Source: Octopus bimaculoides (taxonomy: Eukaryota). From it: a DNA stretch of 38,647 nt. The DNA lies in assembly GCF_001194135.2 (NCBI RefSeq), contig NC_068985.1, forward strand, positions 36,494,520-36,533,166, read 5' to 3'. Shown in pieces: positions 34,669-38,647 of this stretch; position 1 is the first letter of the stretch; each line of letters begins with the position of its first letter. The notes beneath the pieces were generated by a model that worked only from the letters and a program-made list of their open reading frames with translations, made no database searches and was not told where the DNA came from. The position numbers were made by a program, and so were the translations under genes.

Positions 34669-36307
34669 NNNNNNNNNNNNNNNNNNNNNNNNNNNNNNNN
34701 NNNNNNNNNNNNNNNNNNNNNNNNNNNNNNNNNNNNNNNNNNNNNNNNNNNNNNNNNNNNNNNNNNNNNNNNNNNNNNNNNNNNNNNNNNNNNNNNNNNN
34801 NNNNNNNNNNNNNNNNNNNNNNNNNNNNNNNNNNNNNNNNNNNNNNNNNNNNNNNNNNNNNNNNNNNNNNNNNNNNNNNNNNNNNNNNNNNNNNNNNNNN
34901 NNNNNNNNNNNNNNNNNNNNNNNNNNNNNNNNNNNNNNNNNNNNNNNNNNNNNNNNNNNNNNNNNNNNNNNNNNNNNNNNNNNNNNNNNNNNNNNNNNNN
35001 NNNNNNNNNNNNNNNNNNNNNNNNNNNNNNNNNNNNNNNNNNNNNNNNNNNNNNNNNNNNNNNNNNNNNNNNNNNNNNNNNNNNNNNNNNNNNNNNNNNN
35101 NNNNNNNNNNNNNNNNNNNNNNNNNNNNNNNNNNNNNNNNNNNNNNNNNNNNNNNNNNNNNNNNNNNNNNNNNNNNNNNNNNNNNNNNNNNNNNNNNNNN
35201 NNNNNNNNNNNNNNNNNNNNNNNNNNNNNNNNNNNNNNNNNNNNNNNNNNNNNNNNNNNNNNNNNNNNNNNNNNNNNNNNNNNNNNNNNNNNNNNNNNNN
35301 NNNNNNNNNNNNNNNNNNNNNNNNNNNNNNNNNNNNNNNNNNNNNNNNNNNNNNNNNNNNNNNNNNNNNNNNNNNNNNNNNNNNNNNNNNNNNNNNNNNN
35401 NNNNNNNNNNNNNNNNNNNNNNNNNGATTTCTTTCAGAGAAATTTCCCACAGTAAAATGAGGTATACTGTGAGAAAGTTGTTAGAAAGAGTTTGTTGGAT
35501 ATATGGCTGTTATTTCTGCTATCATATTTTTTGTAACTTTCAAGTTTTATTTTGTAGGAAAAAAAAAACACGTTCAGTCCTTAAAAAAAAAAATGAACAC
35601 TTTAATTTCACTTTGTCACAGTATACCTCATTTTACTGCGATCGTGAATTGTAAATCAGTTTCAACAAAACGGAAAGATAATTTTAGTAAATCAATGAAA
35701 GATTAATTAGCTATATTATATTTCTGATTTCAGAATTCTTTTATTCAATACAATAGATGGTTAATGGTAATAATTTCAAGACTTACGACAGAGCGAAATA
35801 GATATTGCAAAGTCACGGCAACATTTGAGCTGACTAATTACGAATTGTAGGATTGTTATGTTTTGGTCAGAAATTTTTCGGGTCAAAAAGTCAAACCCAT
35901 TCAGCCATTTAGCCTGACGCGTTAGTGACATCAGTTACAAAGAACTGATAGAAAGCCAGAACATGCGTAATTATTTTATCGAGATAAAAAAGAATCTTAC
36001 AGGCATTGAAATGATAGTTATTGAAAGATAGGAAGGGGTAGGGACAAAAGATTTCATATGCGTTTTTCTTTAAGCATGCCTAGTGGAAACAAAATGGAAA
36101 GACAGCGAAGTATCAATTTGGACGGGTTTCCTTTGAAACAAAGTAACTATTTTAGCTCAGTTTCCAATGATTTGGATAACTTTTCAATGTGGTTATAAAT
36201 ACTGACAAAACTTCGTGCTGCATTACTTTTGCGAAGTGAACAGGTCGCGGTTTCAAAGCGAAGGAAATATTTTGACACAAATGAAATTTTAATGTTGAAG
36301 TGAAACT

Positions 36308-36497
36308 GGTACTGCTTAAATACAGAGGTCCCTTAACGGTACTACTTAAATACAGGTGTTACGTACAAAACCTTTTAAATGTACGCTGTGAAGGACGTGT
36401 AATGACACCCTAACCCTAAACCTAACAAATCCTAAAACTGACCCTCGCCTTCATATTGTTACAAATATGCATCGGGACCTCTGTATTTAAGTAGTGT
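36308..36497. mobile_element. Small TIR element (MITE) with an internal telomere-like repeat
   Basis: TIR actgcttaaatacagaggtccc (36311-36332) / gggacctctgtatttaagtagt (36474-36495); subterminal direct copy ggtactacttaaatacagg; internal ccctaaccctaaacctaac. Confidence 0.7.
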
Positions 36498-37680
36498 CGT
36501 GAAACTAACGGTTTCTCTGTGTTCTTATATGGCTTACAAACATCTACGCTGCAATTGCTTTGGTTTCAGCACACGATTTCAGATCAGGTCACTTGCTATG
36601 CAAGTACATCTCCGTAAATTTTATAAATCACTGTGGATAAATGCCAGCAATGACCTTCTTAGGCCCTCCAATATTTTAATTTATAAACAGAAACAATCGG
36701 GAGCAGGGAGTGGGGTTGCAAAAATTCATAATTTCTCAAATTTTCTTTTTTTCATAGCCTATAAATGTATTTATGGGGAAACAAATATTGAAAAACATCA
36801 ATACATGCGAGAGTGATAAAGAAACGAGGAAGGTTGTCTTTGGATATGCTAGAAACAACAGCCAAGTCGCCCCTAAATCACTCACNNNNNNNNNNNNNNN
36901 NNNNNNNNNNNNNNNNNNNNNNNNNNNNNNNNNNNNNNNNNNNNNNNNNNNNNNNNNNNNNNNNNNNNNNNNNNNNNNNNNNNNNNNNNNNNNNNNNNNN
37001 NNNNNNNNNNNNNNNNNNNNNNNNNNNNNNNNNNNNNNNNNNNNNNNNNNNNNNNNNNNNNNNNNNNNNNNNNNNNNNNNNNNNNNNNNNNNNNNNNNNN
37101 NNNNNNNNNNNNNNNNNNNNNNNNNNNNNNNNNNNNNNNNNNNNNNNNNNNNNNNNNNNNNNNNNNNNNNNNNNNNNNNNNNNNNNNNNNNNNNNNNNNN
37201 NNNNNNNNNNNNNNNNNNNNNNNNNNNNNNNNNNNNNNNNNNNNNNNNNNNNNNNNNNNNNNNNNNNNNNAGATTTTCATTAAAAGATACCCATCTTCCT
37301 TAAAGTTATGAGGTAAAAAATGACAGATTGTGTGAATTTTCCAAAACTCCTCTCCCCAGTCCCTCTGAAAAATTCTTTTCATGAATCCCTATAAACTCCG
37401 AAGCCACAACAATGAAAGCGATATTCACTAAGCAAGTGAGAACAATTATACAAATAAATAATTAAGACGTAAAATATAAAAAATATTAGAATTGGGAATC
37501 AAATGTGAAAATATTATCAAGGGGCTAGCAGAAAACCGTCCGGAGGACAGTCTTTGGATCTTTTTGGTTTCACGTGAAACATTTTTCATTTATGTTTTAT
37601 GTAATGTTTTTGGTACCGAAACACTTTCAGACTTCGTATACTTGTATATCTTGTGTTATAGAACACAAAAAAACTTTTGT

Positions 37681-38647
37681 AGAAGTTCCGTAGCTCTTGG
37701 CTCGAACGAACGTACGTACGTTCGGGCCAAGAGCAGCGAACGAAGTTCCGTAGCTCTTGGCACGAACGAACGTACGTACGTTCGGGCCAAGGGCAGCGAA
37801 CGAAGTTCCGTAGCGCTTGAATCGAACGAACGTACGAACGTTCGGGCCAAGATCAGCTAACGAAGTTCCGTAGATCTTGGCTCGAACGAACGTACGTACG
37901 TCCAGGCCAAGAACAGCGAACGAAGTACCGTAGCACTTGGCTCGAACGAACGTAAGTACTTTCGGGTCAAGAGCAGTGAACAAAGTTCCGTAGCTCTTGG
38001 CTCGAACGAACTTACGTACGTTCAGGACAAGGGCAGCGAACAAAGTCCCGTAGCTCGTGGCTGGAATGAACGTACGTACGTTCGGGCCAAGAGCAACGAA
38101 CGAAGTTCCGTAGATCTAGGCTCGAACGAACGTACGTACGTTCAGGCCAAGACCGACGAACGCAGTTCCATAGCTCTTGGCTCGAACGAACGTACGTACG
38201 TTCGGGCCAAGAGCAGCGAAAGAAGTTCCGTAGCTCTTGGCTCGAACGAACGTAGGTACGTTCGGGCCAAGATTAGCAAACGAAGTTGCGTAGCTTTTGG
38301 CTTGAATGAACATACATACGTTCGGGCCAAGAGCAACGAACGAAATTCCGTAGATCTAGGATCGAGCGATCGTACTTACGTTCAGGCCAAGTGCAACGAA
38401 CGAAGTTCCGAAGCTCTTGGCTCGAACGAACTACGTACGTTCAGGCCAAGTGCGACAAACGCAGTTCCGTAGTTCTTGGCTCGAACGAACGTACGTACGT
38501 TCGGGCCAAGAGCAGCGAACGAAGTTCCGTAACTCGTGGCTCGAACAAACGTACGTACGTTTAGGCCAAGTGCGACAAACGCAGTTCAGTAGTTATTGGC
38601 TCGAACAAACGTACGTACGTTCGGGCCAAGAGCAGCGAACGAAGTTG
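37681..38647. repeat. 60-bp tandem satellite, at least 16 units, continuing past the window end
   Basis: Consensus CGAAGTTCCGTAGCTCTTGGCTCGAACGAACGTACGTACGTTCGGGCCAAGAGCAGCGAA; units stay in register with the 60-nt lines up to about 38430. Confidence 0.97.

Noticed and set aside
37627-38336. Repetitive ORFs such as RTFVRAKSYGTSFAALGPNV
   Set aside because: They are translations of the 60-bp satellite; the unit length is divisible by 3 and happens to lack stops. No splice or domain support.
37681-38647. CRISPR-like appearance of palindromic repeats
   Set aside because: No unique spacers, the units are contiguous, the context is eukaryotic and no cas genes are present.

Overview
Eukaryotic, AT-rich, repeat-dense genomic DNA with ten N gaps. 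The SINE families and microsatellite load point to an octopus or other coleoid cephalopod (inference). One protein-coding gene is supported: a minus-strand KLHL10-like BTB-BACK-Kelch gene. Five coding exons have consistent GT-AG boundaries (29386-28438, 22756-22587, 20683-20412, 11503-11412, 7876-7732); splice phase and missing Kelch residues require one more exon of about 150 nt that is not visible. The rest is mobile DNA and repeats: tRNA-derived SINEs, an internally deleted mariner, MITEs, a non-autonomous Helitron, relics of Penelope-like (PLE), RTE, CR1/Jockey-like and R4-like retroelements, a 153-bp solo-LTR candidate, and a CpG-rich 60-bp palindromic satellite at the right edge. The most striking structure is a 950-bp head-to-head PLE palindrome in an intron, bounded by a 13-bp direct repeat. 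Its right arm carries a tRNA-like Pol III promoter upstream of an intact minimal hammerhead ribozyme core; in the left arm the ribozyme is disabled by deletions. Most ORFs in the supplied track are artefacts of N gaps, microsatellites or decayed TEs. All family assignments come from recalled motifs, not database searches.
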